Both the position numbers and the translations under genes were made by a program. A stretch of DNA of 24,000 bases from Chryseolinea sp. T2 (GTDB taxonomy: Bacteria; Bacteroidota; Bacteroidia; Cytophagales; Cyclobacteriaceae). Location of the stretch: contig NZ_JBBCAU010000001.1 in assembly GCF_037203685.1 (NCBI RefSeq), forward strand, positions 415,005-439,004. Direction: 5' to 3'. The notes under the pieces were generated by a model. That model was given only the letters and a program-made list of their open reading frames with translations, searched no databases and was not told the origin of the DNA. Positions 6,397 to 14,649 of this stretch are shown here, piece by piece. The stretch's first letter is position 1, and every line of letters starts with the position of its first letter.

Positions 6397-6816
6397 CTAC
6401 CGCAAGGCTAGGCACGCGTCTTCCTTTTTTCGCATCAGTGCCTTTTTTCTGGGGCCCTTATCCGAATAGCCCAGCAGATGAAGCAATCCATGGATAATCA
6501 CCCGGTCAAGCTCATCATGGAACGACACCTTTTGGATGCGGCTGTTCTCCCGCACACGCGGAATACTGATGTAGATCTCGCCTTCAATAAAGTCGCCTTC
6601 ACTCAAGTCGAAGGTTATGATATCCGTGAAAGTGTCGTGATCGAGGTATTGCTGGTTGATACCCAGCAAAAATTTATCGCTGCAGAAAATGTAATTCAGC
6701 TCGCCAATCCCGTAGCCCTCAGTTTGAGCAATCTTATGGATCCAGTTTGATGTTTTTCTGGGGCTCGGGAGCTTGAACGTTGTCCCCTTGTTGAAGAATT
6801 GAATGCTACCCGGCAT
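6397..6816 (-). CDS. ybeY: rRNA maturation endoribonuclease YbeY
   Basis: 139-aa ORF with the YbeY metal-binding motif HGLLHLLGY and typical length. It sits 6 bp downstream of the preceding gene. Confidence 0.93.
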   Translation of the reverse strand: MPGSIQFFNKGTTFKLPSPRKTSNWIHKIAQTEGYGIGELNYIFCSDKFLLGINQQYLDHDTFTDIITFDLSEGDFIEGEIYISIPRVRENSRIQKVSFHDELDRVIIHGLLHLLGYSDKGPRKKALMRKKEDACLALR

Positions 6817-6822
6817 TCAGTA

Positions 6823-7227
6823 TCAGGAATTCATGTAGAAACTTAGCTCAACAACACGGCCATTGTCTTTGAAATCGACCTCATCAGAAAGGTGCTTCAT
6901 CAGAAAGATGCCACGACCTCCGAGCTTTTCAATGTTCTCTGGCGCAGTCGGATCAGGAAGATTCTCAAAGTTGAATCCATTTCCCTCATCCTTTATTACA
7001 AACCGAAGCATACTCTCGTCCAGCGACAGGCTAAGGAACACGTTTTTTGACTTGTCGTTAGAGTTGCCGTGTTTAATGGCATTGTTTACCGCCTCGGTCA
7101 CGGCAATCATAATATTGCCATACATATCATCATCCAGGTGAAAACGCTCTTTGGCATTGTCAATAAAGCTTTCAATCATTCTGATGTTCTCCGTTATCGA
7201 CGGAACCTGGATGCTAATAGTGTTCAT
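6823..7227 (-). CDS. RsbW/SpoIIAB-like anti-sigma regulatory factor (HATPase_c-type ATP-binding protein)
   Basis: 134-aa ORF. It has an N-box-like EAVNNAIKHG, a G1-box-like DEGNGF and a G2-like GGRGIFLM. Size and motif order fit single-domain GHKL serine kinases. Confidence 0.82.
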   Translation of the reverse strand: MNTISIQVPSITENIRMIESFIDNAKERFHLDDDMYGNIMIAVTEAVNNAIKHGNSNDKSKNVFLSLSLDESMLRFVIKDEGNGFNFENLPDPTAPENIEKLGGRGIFLMKHLSDEVDFKDNGRVVELSFYMNS

Positions 7228-7254
7228 GCCCTGTTTTTTCCCACTAGTTAATAC

Positions 7255-10200
7255 CTATTGATCACCCGTCCTTTTGAAGTATTCACTAACCTCTTTCTTG
7301 TAGTACGGGTAAAGCTTTGGCGGTACAGTTTTCAGCAATTCTACTTCTTTTTCCTTGAGTCGCAAATATTCCTCAAACGCCTTCGGTATTTCCTTGTCAT
7401 AGTCCTTGGCTGTCTCACCTTTTCTCTCATCATCCATATCCTGCTCACGCGCCGACTTCTCTGCTTCCAGTAATCTCGTCACAATATCCTGCTGCCGTTG
7501 CATCATCTGCTCCGTTAATTGTTTGTTCACCAGATCCATTTCAGTCTGCTCCATCTTACCAGGCAAATCACCACCCGGCATTTTTCCCCCTTCCTTCATC
7601 TTTTCCTGCATCTCCTGCAGCGCTCTTCTTATCCTCTCCTGTTCAGCCGCCATCTCTGCCAACTCCTCAGACAATTCCCTGCCCGACTTGCCACTGCCCT
7701 TCAGATCCTGAATACGCTGATTCAACTGTTGCTGCATCTGGCTGAGACTCTGGTTCTTACCCTTCTTTTTCGATTTTCCCATCGACGGTTGAGCGTTCGC
7801 CATCATCTCCATCATCATGTCGAAATGGTCGTCCAGCATCAGTGCAAGATTGTTAATGGAAGTCATTGTCATCTGCATCTCCCCTGACGCCTGAGGCCGA
7901 CGACGCTCCTTATTCGCCTCAATCACTTTATCGAGATGATCATTTAAGTCTCCAATCTCTTTAGTCACGACAGACCCCATGAAAGGATCGCGCTTACCAA
8001 GAGCTAACAAACTGTCTTCCAATACATTAGCATCGTCTTTTAACTTTAACTGCCGCTGAGCTATTCCATTGAAGGCTGGATCATTCTGGCTGAGTTCACT
8101 AAAATTCTTCATGATGGCTTCCTGGTCGAACGATAACTTTACAAGTCCGTGAAGTATCTGCCTCAGTGACTCCAGATTCTCCATATCAATTTCCATCGAC
8201 ATAGCACTCTGAGCACCTTCCATTTTCTCCTTCATCTGTTGCATCTTCTGGATTGCCTTCTGCTGCGGCGCCTTGGATTTTGAAGGGCTGTTCTGCTTTA
8301 ACATTTCCTTGCTCTGCTCCTGCTCATCCTGCACTTCTTTCGAATCCTCTTCTGACGGAATTTCATCATCATTCTTATCGAGCTCCTCACCCAACTTTTC
8401 AAGTTCCTTCAGCTCTTCCATGGTTTTCGAGAAGTCTTCCTTCAGTTTCTGCTGCTCCTGAGCGAGCTTTTCATTCTCTTCTTTGGTCTGACTTTGCTCA
8501 CCATTCTGGTCTTGGTCCCCTGGATTTTCCTTTCCGTTCTGATCCTTACCTTCTTCCTTATTCTCGTCTGAATTCTTTTCCTTGTCACTCTTGCCCTTCT
8601 CGCTCTTTTCGCCTTTGGCGTCCTTCTTCTTGTCGGCCTTGGAGCCTTTCTTGTCCGACTTTGACTGATCTGCCTCTTCCTGTTCGCGAGCCTTTGTCTC
8701 TTCAAGCAGAGCTTCCTGCTCTTTTAACTGTTCCTTAAGATTTTGAATTGTCTGATCAAGCTTATAATCGTATTGAAGCTGCTTGAACAACTCAAGGGTT
8801 CGCTCGAGTTCTTTTTCAAGATTTGCTGTATTCTGATTTAGTTTATCGAGGATTTTTTGGATCTGTGAAACATCGGTGTTCTCCTTCAGCAACTTTTGTA
8901 ATTCCTCAAACAACTTCTTGGTTTCATCATCGAGCAATTCATTCATCAACTTTTGAATCTGCTCTGCTTTTTCTTTGATTCGCTCGTTCTGATCCGTGAA
9001 TGCGTCCTTCTGTTGTTCGAGCAATTGGTTCTGATCTTTCAGCTCATTCACCATCTTATCAAGATTTTGTTTTTGATCGATGATGTCTTCCAGCATCTTT
9101 TTATCCTGCCAATCGAGGCTCTGCTTTCCCTTTAACTTTTGATTGGCCTGTTCAACCTGCTGCTGAAGCTTATTTGCCTTTCCTACACTTTGATCAATTT
9201 TTTGCTGCGCTTTTGTTTGTGAACTATTGATCTCGGCAACCAAATGATCTTCAGTTGGAACGGCAAAGCTATACGTCGAAGTCTTCGTTGACTTGCTGCC
9301 ATTTACGCCATCGTTGTCCCACACCTGCAGATAATATTCAAGCGTGCTTCCGGGACTTAGCTTTAGTGAATCCAGCTTCCAGGGATGGAAGAAACTTTGC
9401 TGAGGTTGTTCCTTATTAACTCCAATGTACTGAGTGCGCTCAAGAATCTCCTTTCGGTTTTCATCCTTTACCGAATAATGAAGTGCGAGTTTGTTGATTC
9501 CATAATCGTCGCTGAGCATGCCGCTCAACACAACCGTCTTGAACAAAACTGAATCCTTGAAATTGTTCAGTTCAATCTTCGGGTATTCGTCTTTGATAAC
9601 GTTAATGAAGTATGCAATGCGCTCTTTATTACGACTCTTGTTGTTCTCGAGCTGGATCTCGTAACTGGCCGGTGACTTAACCACCTTTTCAATAGAGAAC
9701 CCCTGTTCATCGACGCGTTGAAAATCCACGGGGCTTTCCTCACCCGAAAACTGAATATGCGCTTTGCTTGCGTTCAATGTCGAGAGCTTCCAACGTACCC
9801 TGGTTCCCTCGGGAATTTCCAAATTGCCGGCATTTGTCAGGGCTTCGCTTTTTCGATGCAGATAAGCAGGGAAGTTCAATTCAACGTTGAATTTGTTCAG
9901 CTCGGGCCGGTTGGCAACTGTTACTTCAAAGGCATCCGAATAAAATCCAGCCGCTTCAATCTGAAATGCAAAAGACTCTCGAATGTTGTCCAGAGTATAG
10001 GTGAATTCGCCACCCGTTCCCCCATCGAGTTTGAACCGGCGGTCATCTTTTACGAGATAAGCATCGGCAGGAAGAGCATCTCCATCGAGACGCACTTTCA
10101 GGACAAGGTTCTCGTTGTAAAAAGCGTTCAGGCTTTCCTGGTCTACGATGAATTTAAATGGCGCCTCAGGTGAATACTGCTGAGTGAAGTGCATTATCCG

Positions 10201-10737
10201 CGAAGTACTTTGTGTGAGTATGCCATGATTGATCACGAGAATGGCAACGATCACCAGCACGGGCACTAAAAGATATTTCAGATACCGGCGGTTTTGACTA
10301 AGATCGATGAAACGGTCAAAGGACACCGACTCAAACTCCATTGACTTTTGTTCAATGCTCGCATAGGCCAGAGCGGAATCCTTTCTGTTGGAATTGAGTT
10401 GAATGAGATTGAGCAAGCGGTCCTTAACGCCTGGAACGTATTGACCAATAACCTTTGCGCTTTGTTCTTCCGATAGTCCTCGGCGGGCCAACCAGTAGCC
10501 CATGGGTTCCATGAGAAACCGAAACAAACAATAGGCGGCAATGCCAAAGAACGTAAAGAAGATGAGAAACCGTACCCACGGACCGAGCCATAGGTTGTAT
10601 TCAAGTACAGCAGCCAGGATGAAGTACGATACGAGAATGGAAAGCGACAACAGAAAACCCTTCAGAAAGATATTGATGTAATACTTCTTTCTGAACGCCC
10701 TGATTTTTTCCTGAATGTGTTCTACTCCAGCTCCCAT
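7255..10737 (-). CDS. Large membrane-anchored coiled-coil protein (resembles the DUF4175-family proteins of Bacteroidota)
   Basis: 1160-aa ORF. Hydrophobic helices lie at about aa 24-47, 50-76 and 153-172. A beta-rich region spans about aa 180-500. A long Q/K/E/L heptad-like region spans about aa 500-680. A hypercharged K/E/D/S/Q low-complexity stretch spans about aa 683-830. The C-terminal region is Met/Gln-rich. The DUF4175 label is from memory and is not verified. Confidence 0.85.
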   Translation of the reverse strand: MGAGVEHIQEKIRAFRKKYYINIFLKGFLLSLSILVSYFILAAVLEYNLWLGPWVRFLIFFTFFGIAAYCLFRFLMEPMGYWLARRGLSEEQSAKVIGQYVPGVKDRLLNLIQLNSNRKDSALAYASIEQKSMEFESVSFDRFIDLSQNRRYLKYLLVPVLVIVAILVINHGILTQSTSRIMHFTQQYSPEAPFKFIVDQESLNAFYNENLVLKVRLDGDALPADAYLVKDDRRFKLDGGTGGEFTYTLDNIRESFAFQIEAAGFYSDAFEVTVANRPELNKFNVELNFPAYLHRKSEALTNAGNLEIPEGTRVRWKLSTLNASKAHIQFSGEESPVDFQRVDEQGFSIEKVVKSPASYEIQLENNKSRNKERIAYFINVIKDEYPKIELNNFKDSVLFKTVVLSGMLSDDYGINKLALHYSVKDENRKEILERTQYIGVNKEQPQQSFFHPWKLDSLKLSPGSTLEYYLQVWDNDGVNGSKSTKTSTYSFAVPTEDHLVAEINSSQTKAQQKIDQSVGKANKLQQQVEQANQKLKGKQSLDWQDKKMLEDIIDQKQNLDKMVNELKDQNQLLEQQKDAFTDQNERIKEKAEQIQKLMNELLDDETKKLFEELQKLLKENTDVSQIQKILDKLNQNTANLEKELERTLELFKQLQYDYKLDQTIQNLKEQLKEQEALLEETKAREQEEADQSKSDKKGSKADKKKDAKGEKSEKGKSDKEKNSDENKEEGKDQNGKENPGDQDQNGEQSQTKEENEKLAQEQQKLKEDFSKTMEELKELEKLGEELDKNDDEIPSEEDSKEVQDEQEQSKEMLKQNSPSKSKAPQQKAIQKMQQMKEKMEGAQSAMSMEIDMENLESLRQILHGLVKLSFDQEAIMKNFSELSQNDPAFNGIAQRQLKLKDDANVLEDSLLALGKRDPFMGSVVTKEIGDLNDHLDKVIEANKERRRPQASGEMQMTMTSINNLALMLDDHFDMMMEMMANAQPSMGKSKKKGKNQSLSQMQQQLNQRIQDLKGSGKSGRELSEELAEMAAEQERIRRALQEMQEKMKEGGKMPGGDLPGKMEQTEMDLVNKQLTEQMMQRQQDIVTRLLEAEKSAREQDMDDERKGETAKDYDKEIPKAFEEYLRLKEKEVELLKTVPPKLYPYYKKEVSEYFKRTGDQ

Positions 10738-10872
10738 AACCAGTCCCTTTACTTGGAAAAACGAAACACGAACAACAAGGTTGAGTAACTAAAGATAAGG
10801 GCTATTAGTTACCCGACAAAATAACCTGGCGATGGAGAAATCATTACATCCCGTCAGCAGCGGGACGCTAAG

Positions 10873-11274
10873 CTATCCTGCCGTTTGATCAGGTGCCAAC
10901 CAGTCGTACTCGCGTTCGAAATACTCAATGACGTGCATCTTCAGGAGGCGTTCCTGTTCGGCTAGAGTGACGTTAGGAAGTTTTTTCTCCATCTTCCAAT
11001 GCGGCCAGCCATCGGCATCTGACCCCTCAAGCGAATAGTATCCGGAAAGACTAAGGACTTTACAGATTCCAATGTGCATGAGATCCTGCTTCTCTTCCTT
11101 GCTGAACACTTTTTGGCCCTTGCCTAATTCCTGAACGCCAATCAGGAACAAAACTGCATTCAGATCTTTGGGCTTTTTTCCAATGATCTGCTCCAGGCTA
11201 TTTAACAGGGCAGCCCAGGTGCGATCGAAATCCAGGTCGCGCTTAAACATTTTGCAAAGATTCCCAATACTCAA
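10873..11274 (-). CDS. Hypothetical protein (conserved-looking, about 125-133 aa)
   Basis: The ORF has balanced composition (…LFLIGVQELGKGQKVFSKEEKQDLMHIGICKVLSLSGYYSLEGSDADGWPHWKMEKKLP…). The ATG at 11274 overlaps the upstream CDS by 32 bp. An alternative ATG at 11250 (MFKRDLDF) overlaps by only 8 bp (aATGttTAA) and may be the true start. Confidence 0.68.
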   Translation of the reverse strand: MSIGNLCKMFKRDLDFDRTWAALLNSLEQIIGKKPKDLNAVLFLIGVQELGKGQKVFSKEEKQDLMHIGICKVLSLSGYYSLEGSDADGWPHWKMEKKLPNVTLAEQERLLKMHVIEYFEREYDWLAPDQTAG

Positions 11275-11584
11275 ATGCCCTCCTGAGATGAGGGATAACT
11301 ATAGTGCCACCAATGAGGGTCGCCACGCCCATTGCTTCATTAACTTCTTCAGTCGTAAACCCGACTTCCTTGCATTTTCCCAAATGATATTTAACACAAT
11401 CATCACAGCGGAGGACGAGGGAACAGGTAAGTCCGATCATCTCCTTAGTACGAAGGTCGAGGCTGCCTTCCTGGTAAGCATTGGTGTCGAGATTGAAAAT
11501 GCGTTTGATGATCAGGCTATCTGAGGCCATGATCTTCTCATTCATTTTAGAGCGATATGCATTGAAATCTTCAGGTAGACCCAT
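11243..11584 (-). CDS. Carboxymuconolactone decarboxylase (AhpD-like) family protein
   Basis: 113-aa ORF with the CxxC-type motif LRCDDCVKYH, as in CMD/AhpD-fold proteins. Size fits the family. Confidence 0.85.
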   Translation of the reverse strand: MGLPEDFNAYRSKMNEKIMASDSLIIKRIFNLDTNAYQEGSLDLRTKEMIGLTCSLVLRCDDCVKYHLGKCKEVGFTTEEVNEAMGVATLIGGTIVIPHLRRAFEYWESLQNV

Positions 11585-11778
11585 AATGTTTTCTTGGTCG
11601 TTTTTTGTCAGGTTAATAGAAGTACGTTTCCGAAGAACCAGATACTGTAGTCATTAATTTCGGTCGTTGATCTGCCCTTGGTCAATGACTTATTGAATCG
11701 CTGCGGAAGTAACCTGTCTAGTGACTACTTGTAACGGCGATTTCATGTGGAACATCGGCGGGTACAAATATAATTCCC

Positions 11779-12477
11779 ATGGCGGATTCGCGACGACGTG
11801 AAATTTTGAGTGACTTCGTTTCTCTCTTCTTTCCCAGGCCTTGTTTGGCTTGTAGTGAAAGTCTTCTAAAAGGAGAGGACACACTCTGCACAAGCTGTTT
11901 GTTGGAGTTGCCAGAAACGGACTATCACTGTCGTGAACAGAACGCGTTGCTGCACAGGCTTTCTTACAGGATGCCGCTTCGCTATGGGATGGCGTGCTAC
12001 CACTTCACCAAGAATGGAAGAATTCAACATCTGTTGCATCAGCTGAAATATAAGAATCAACCAGAAATAGGGGTCAGGCTGGGAGTTGCATATGGGGACA
12101 AGCTTCGCACAGTCGGGATATACAACTTTGACCTGGTTGTGCCTGTCCCATTGCACACTTCCCGGCTGCGTAAAAGGGGTTACAATCAGGCCGCAAAGTT
12201 TGGAGAGGGGTTGTCCAAAGAATTGATGATACCACAAGCAGATGAGGCGCTGGTTCGGATGCACAAGACGGAAACACAAACCAAGAAATCACGGGTTACG
12301 CGTTGGGAGAATATTGCAAACGCCTTTAGAATAGCCCTGCCCGAAATAGTGAAGGACAGGAGCATCCTGCTGGTGGACGATGTGATTACTACAGGCTCAA
12401 CGTTGGAGGCATGCGTTCAGGCGCTGTTGTCGGCCGGACCCCGCGACATCAGTGTGGCATGCATTGCTGAGGCGTGA
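11779..12477 (+). CDS. comF: ComF family protein (phosphoribosyltransferase-like)
   Basis: 232-aa ORF. The N-terminal Cys pairs (CLAC...CTSC) and the C-terminal PRPP-binding loop ILLVDDVITTGSTLEA are the ComF/GntX architecture. Confidence 0.9.
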   Translation: MADSRRREILSDFVSLFFPRPCLACSESLLKGEDTLCTSCLLELPETDYHCREQNALLHRLSYRMPLRYGMACYHFTKNGRIQHLLHQLKYKNQPEIGVRLGVAYGDKLRTVGIYNFDLVVPVPLHTSRLRKRGYNQAAKFGEGLSKELMIPQADEALVRMHKTETQTKKSRVTRWENIANAFRIALPEIVKDRSILLVDDVITTGSTLEACVQALLSAGPRDISVACIAEA

Positions 12478-12478
12478 A

Positions 12479-12757
12479 CTACTGCTCTTTCTTATATGGA
12501 AGTGTCTTCAGGATACCGTCGAGAACAACATATAAGCCGGCGAATGTTATTGCCTGTCCAACCAGGACCCAGCCTGTTCCTCCGAGGAGTCCGAGCAACA
12601 TGCCCAGTGCATATCCAGGCATAAAGACCCCGCTATGAGTGTGGAAGATGCTATTCTCGTTTACAGATATGACGCTGTCGTGGAGCACCTGATAGGATAC
12701 CAGCACGTAAACTAAGGCGATGGATATTGCAATTGTTCTTACTCTGCTTCTGTTCAT
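12479..12757 (-). CDS. Small hypothetical membrane protein
   Basis: 92-aa ORF with hydrophobic, Gly-rich segments (IAISIALVYVLVSY; YALGMLLGLLGGTGWVLVGQAITFAGLYVVL). It lies after the gldJ terminator and is convergent with comF with a 1-bp gap. There is no similarity I recognise. Confidence 0.55.
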   Translation of the reverse strand: MNRSRVRTIAISIALVYVLVSYQVLHDSVISVNENSIFHTHSGVFMPGYALGMLLGLLGGTGWVLVGQAITFAGLYVVLDGILKTLPYKKEQ

Positions 12758-12821
12758 ATCTTCAATGCAATCGTTCTAGGCATTAATGACGATTTACCCT
12801 GTACAGGGAACCATTAAAGAC

Positions 12822-12853
12822 AAAAAAAAGAGCTCCGGGTCTGGAGCTCTTTT
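12822..12853 (-). terminator. Rho-independent terminator downstream of gldJ (potentially bidirectional)
   Basis: The 8-bp stem AGAGCTCC (12829-12836) pairs with GGAGCTCT (12843-12850) around a 6-nt loop. On the minus strand it is followed by a U8 tract (12822-12829). On the plus strand it is followed by TTTTA. Confidence 0.78.
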
Positions 12854-12871
12854 ATATGAAGTAAAGTATTC

Positions 12872-14104
12872 TTAGTAGTTAGAACCGGCGCGGATCATTG
12901 CGCAACGGAAACCGATAGTTGCAGTTGCTGAATCCTGATCGAGGTATCTTCTTGTACCAGGTGACATCCAGTATGCAACGTCTTTCCATGAACCGCCTTT
13001 GTAAACTCTTGCACGGTCAGTGATCAATGAAGTGAAAGATTCAGGGTTCTTTTCATGATCGCTGTTGTAGCCAGAGTTTGTTCCAGAAGCAGGGTCGAGG
13101 AAACCATCGCGACGGATTGGGTTCAGATCGTCGAAATCCTGGAATGACATCGGGCGATAAATATCCTGTACCCACTCGCTTACGTTACCGGCCATGTTGT
13201 ACAGACCGTAGTCGTTCGGAGGATACTCATATATATAAGAGGTGATAAGTGCTCCATCGTTCAGACGACCTGCGATACCGGCATAGTCACCACGACCGCG
13301 CTTGAAGTTAGCAAGCATATAACCCATCTGCTTTCCGTAAGGGTTACGAACTGCGTGGCCGTCCCAAGGATAAATACGCTGGTGAGTTTGAAGTTCTTCG
13401 AGCCACTGTGTTCCGATAAGGGCCTGTGCTGCGTATTCCCATTCTGCTTCTGTTGGGAGGCGATAAGCCGGAACTACGATACCAGATTCCAAAGGAATAC
13501 GGCCATCGCTTTCTGCATATTCTTCACCAGCATCTTCTGCCAGTTTGATGTTTACAGCGCGGGTTCTCCACACAGCAAACTTGCTGGCCTGATTCCAGGT
13601 AACTCCCACAACAGGGAAATAACGGAAGCCAGGATATCTCAAGTAGTGCTCTACATAAGGATCGTTGAAGGCGAGCTTACCAACCCAAACAGTTGTGTCA
13701 GGGAGAGCAGCCTGATATACTTCCTGTGAAGAGTCCTTCGCCAGGTAGTGCATGTATTCCAGCCAGTGTACGTTGGCGATTTCAGTTTCGTCCATGTAAA
13801 ATGAAGCCACGGACACGGTTCTTTCGATGTTATCGCGGTAAGACATAACATCTTCCTCGAACGAGCCCATTACAGCGCGGCCACCTTCAATAAACACCAT
13901 GTTTGGTGCGTCGGGCTGACCTTCGTAAGGATTCACCATGAATCCACCCTGGTCTTCGTCATTGTAGGCCAATCCCGTGGCTGTGCTGACCTGTCCCGGG
14001 TTTGACGCGTTTGGCTTCCTATTTTTTCCACCAAACAAGGAGCAGGACGACAGTATGACGGAACCGCCTATCACATACATTAGAACCCTGAAAGAATACT
14101 TCAT
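12872..14104 (-). CDS. gldJ: Gliding motility / T9SS-associated lipoprotein GldJ (SUMF1/FGE-fold family)
   Basis: The ORF-track entry 12872..14389 is over-extended. The internal ATG at 14104 gives MKYSFRVLMYVIGGSVILSSCS, a lipoprotein signal with a lipobox Cys. Blocks recalled from GldJ are present: TGLAYNDEDQGGF, VFIEGG, SFYMDETEI(A)N, ALPDTTVW, YLRYPGFRYFPVVGVTW, RLPTEAEWEYAA, ANFKRGRGDYAGIAG, YGLYNMAGNVSEWV and RVYKGGSW...IGFRCA. It is standalone rather than followed by gldLMN, which favours GldJ over GldK/PorK. Confidence 0.82.
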   Translation of the reverse strand: MKYSFRVLMYVIGGSVILSSCSLFGGKNRKPNASNPGQVSTATGLAYNDEDQGGFMVNPYEGQPDAPNMVFIEGGRAVMGSFEEDVMSYRDNIERTVSVASFYMDETEIANVHWLEYMHYLAKDSSQEVYQAALPDTTVWVGKLAFNDPYVEHYLRYPGFRYFPVVGVTWNQASKFAVWRTRAVNIKLAEDAGEEYAESDGRIPLESGIVVPAYRLPTEAEWEYAAQALIGTQWLEELQTHQRIYPWDGHAVRNPYGKQMGYMLANFKRGRGDYAGIAGRLNDGALITSYIYEYPPNDYGLYNMAGNVSEWVQDIYRPMSFQDFDDLNPIRRDGFLDPASGTNSGYNSDHEKNPESFTSLITDRARVYKGGSWKDVAYWMSPGTRRYLDQDSATATIGFRCAMIRAGSNY

Positions 14105-14394
14105 TTTGGTTTTGAGTTTAAACAATATGCTAATTAAACGCTTAAGGCCATGTTTTCCAACTTGATGCAAGTTTAAAGGAGAATCAGCGGATAAAGTGAT
14201 CTTACCTTCTTTGAACGACTTTTGGGAGATTCTTATTGCTTTTGATACACTTTTCACTTGCCTTACTGAACTGGGAAACACACCCTCCAGTTTTGGGAAG
14301 ACTTTTGGGCCGAAACCCCCTTCAGACCTCAAATTCACAATCGTGGACCAGTGGCACAGAATTTTGACATGCCAGTCAAAAAACGCCACCTCCT

Positions 14395-14649
14395 ATGATG
14401 ACTTTACAAGATTTCCGGATCATGCCCTTCGACAAAAAATGCGACGTGATCACTTTTAACGGAAACTACCTCGCTCAGCGTAACCTTGCTGATTGTAAGG
14501 TTTTCCTGTACTTCACCGACGGTTTCTTCATCGAAGTCTTCTATTCTCCCGAATTCAAGAAGGTTCTTATGATCACTGCCTTTGAGAAGACCATCGGCCT
14601 CAATCCTTACCTCGACAAAATCTCGCTCGCCGACTTAGTAGTAGCCTGA
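14395..14649 (+). CDS. Small hypothetical protein (84 aa)
   Basis: The composition is protein-like (…CDVITFNGNYLAQRNLADCKVFLYFTDGFFIEVFYSPEFKKVLMITAFEKTIGLNPYLDKISLADL…). It is divergent from gldJ. Its 3' end overlaps the 3' end of convergent mfd by 43 bp. I recognise no family. Confidence 0.5.
   Translation: MMTLQDFRIMPFDKKCDVITFNGNYLAQRNLADCKVFLYFTDGFFIEVFYSPEFKKVLMITAFEKTIGLNPYLDKISLADLVVA

Noticed and set aside
5377-6497. ORF-track entries in the gap: 5388..5615 (-), 5437..5790 (-), 5593..5805 (+), 5848..6045 (-), 6174..6497 (+).
   Set aside because: They overlap each other on both strands and are rich in R/C/W/S/G. They lack hydrophobic-core periodicity or any motif I recognise. One of them runs 100 bp into ybeY on the opposite strand. 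I treat them as non-coding.
8253-8738. The 161-aa + ORF and the 87-aa - ORF within the low-complexity part of the 1160-aa gene.
   Set aside because: They are artefacts of the purine-rich, stop-poor repetitive coding sequence. Their products are P/S/L-rich or R/K-rich homopolymeric strings.
682-11753. A shared motif CAYGTGGAA(C) at 682-690, 5396-5404, 5496-5504 and 11744-11753, which could be a common regulatory half-site in intergenic regions.
   Set aside because: The common core is only 8-9 nt, and repeats of this length are expected many times by chance in 24 kb. A similar ATGTGGAAG also occurs inside the Ig-like CDS near position 2075. Only the two full 15-bp copies are statistically meaningful.
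14105-14389. The 95-codon N-terminal extension of the gldJ ORF (ORF track start at 14389).
   Set aside because: The extension (MAFFDWHVKILCHWSTIVNLRSEGG...) has no signal peptide and no conservation-like features. The internal ATG at 14104 yields a textbook lipoprotein signal, as expected for GldJ.
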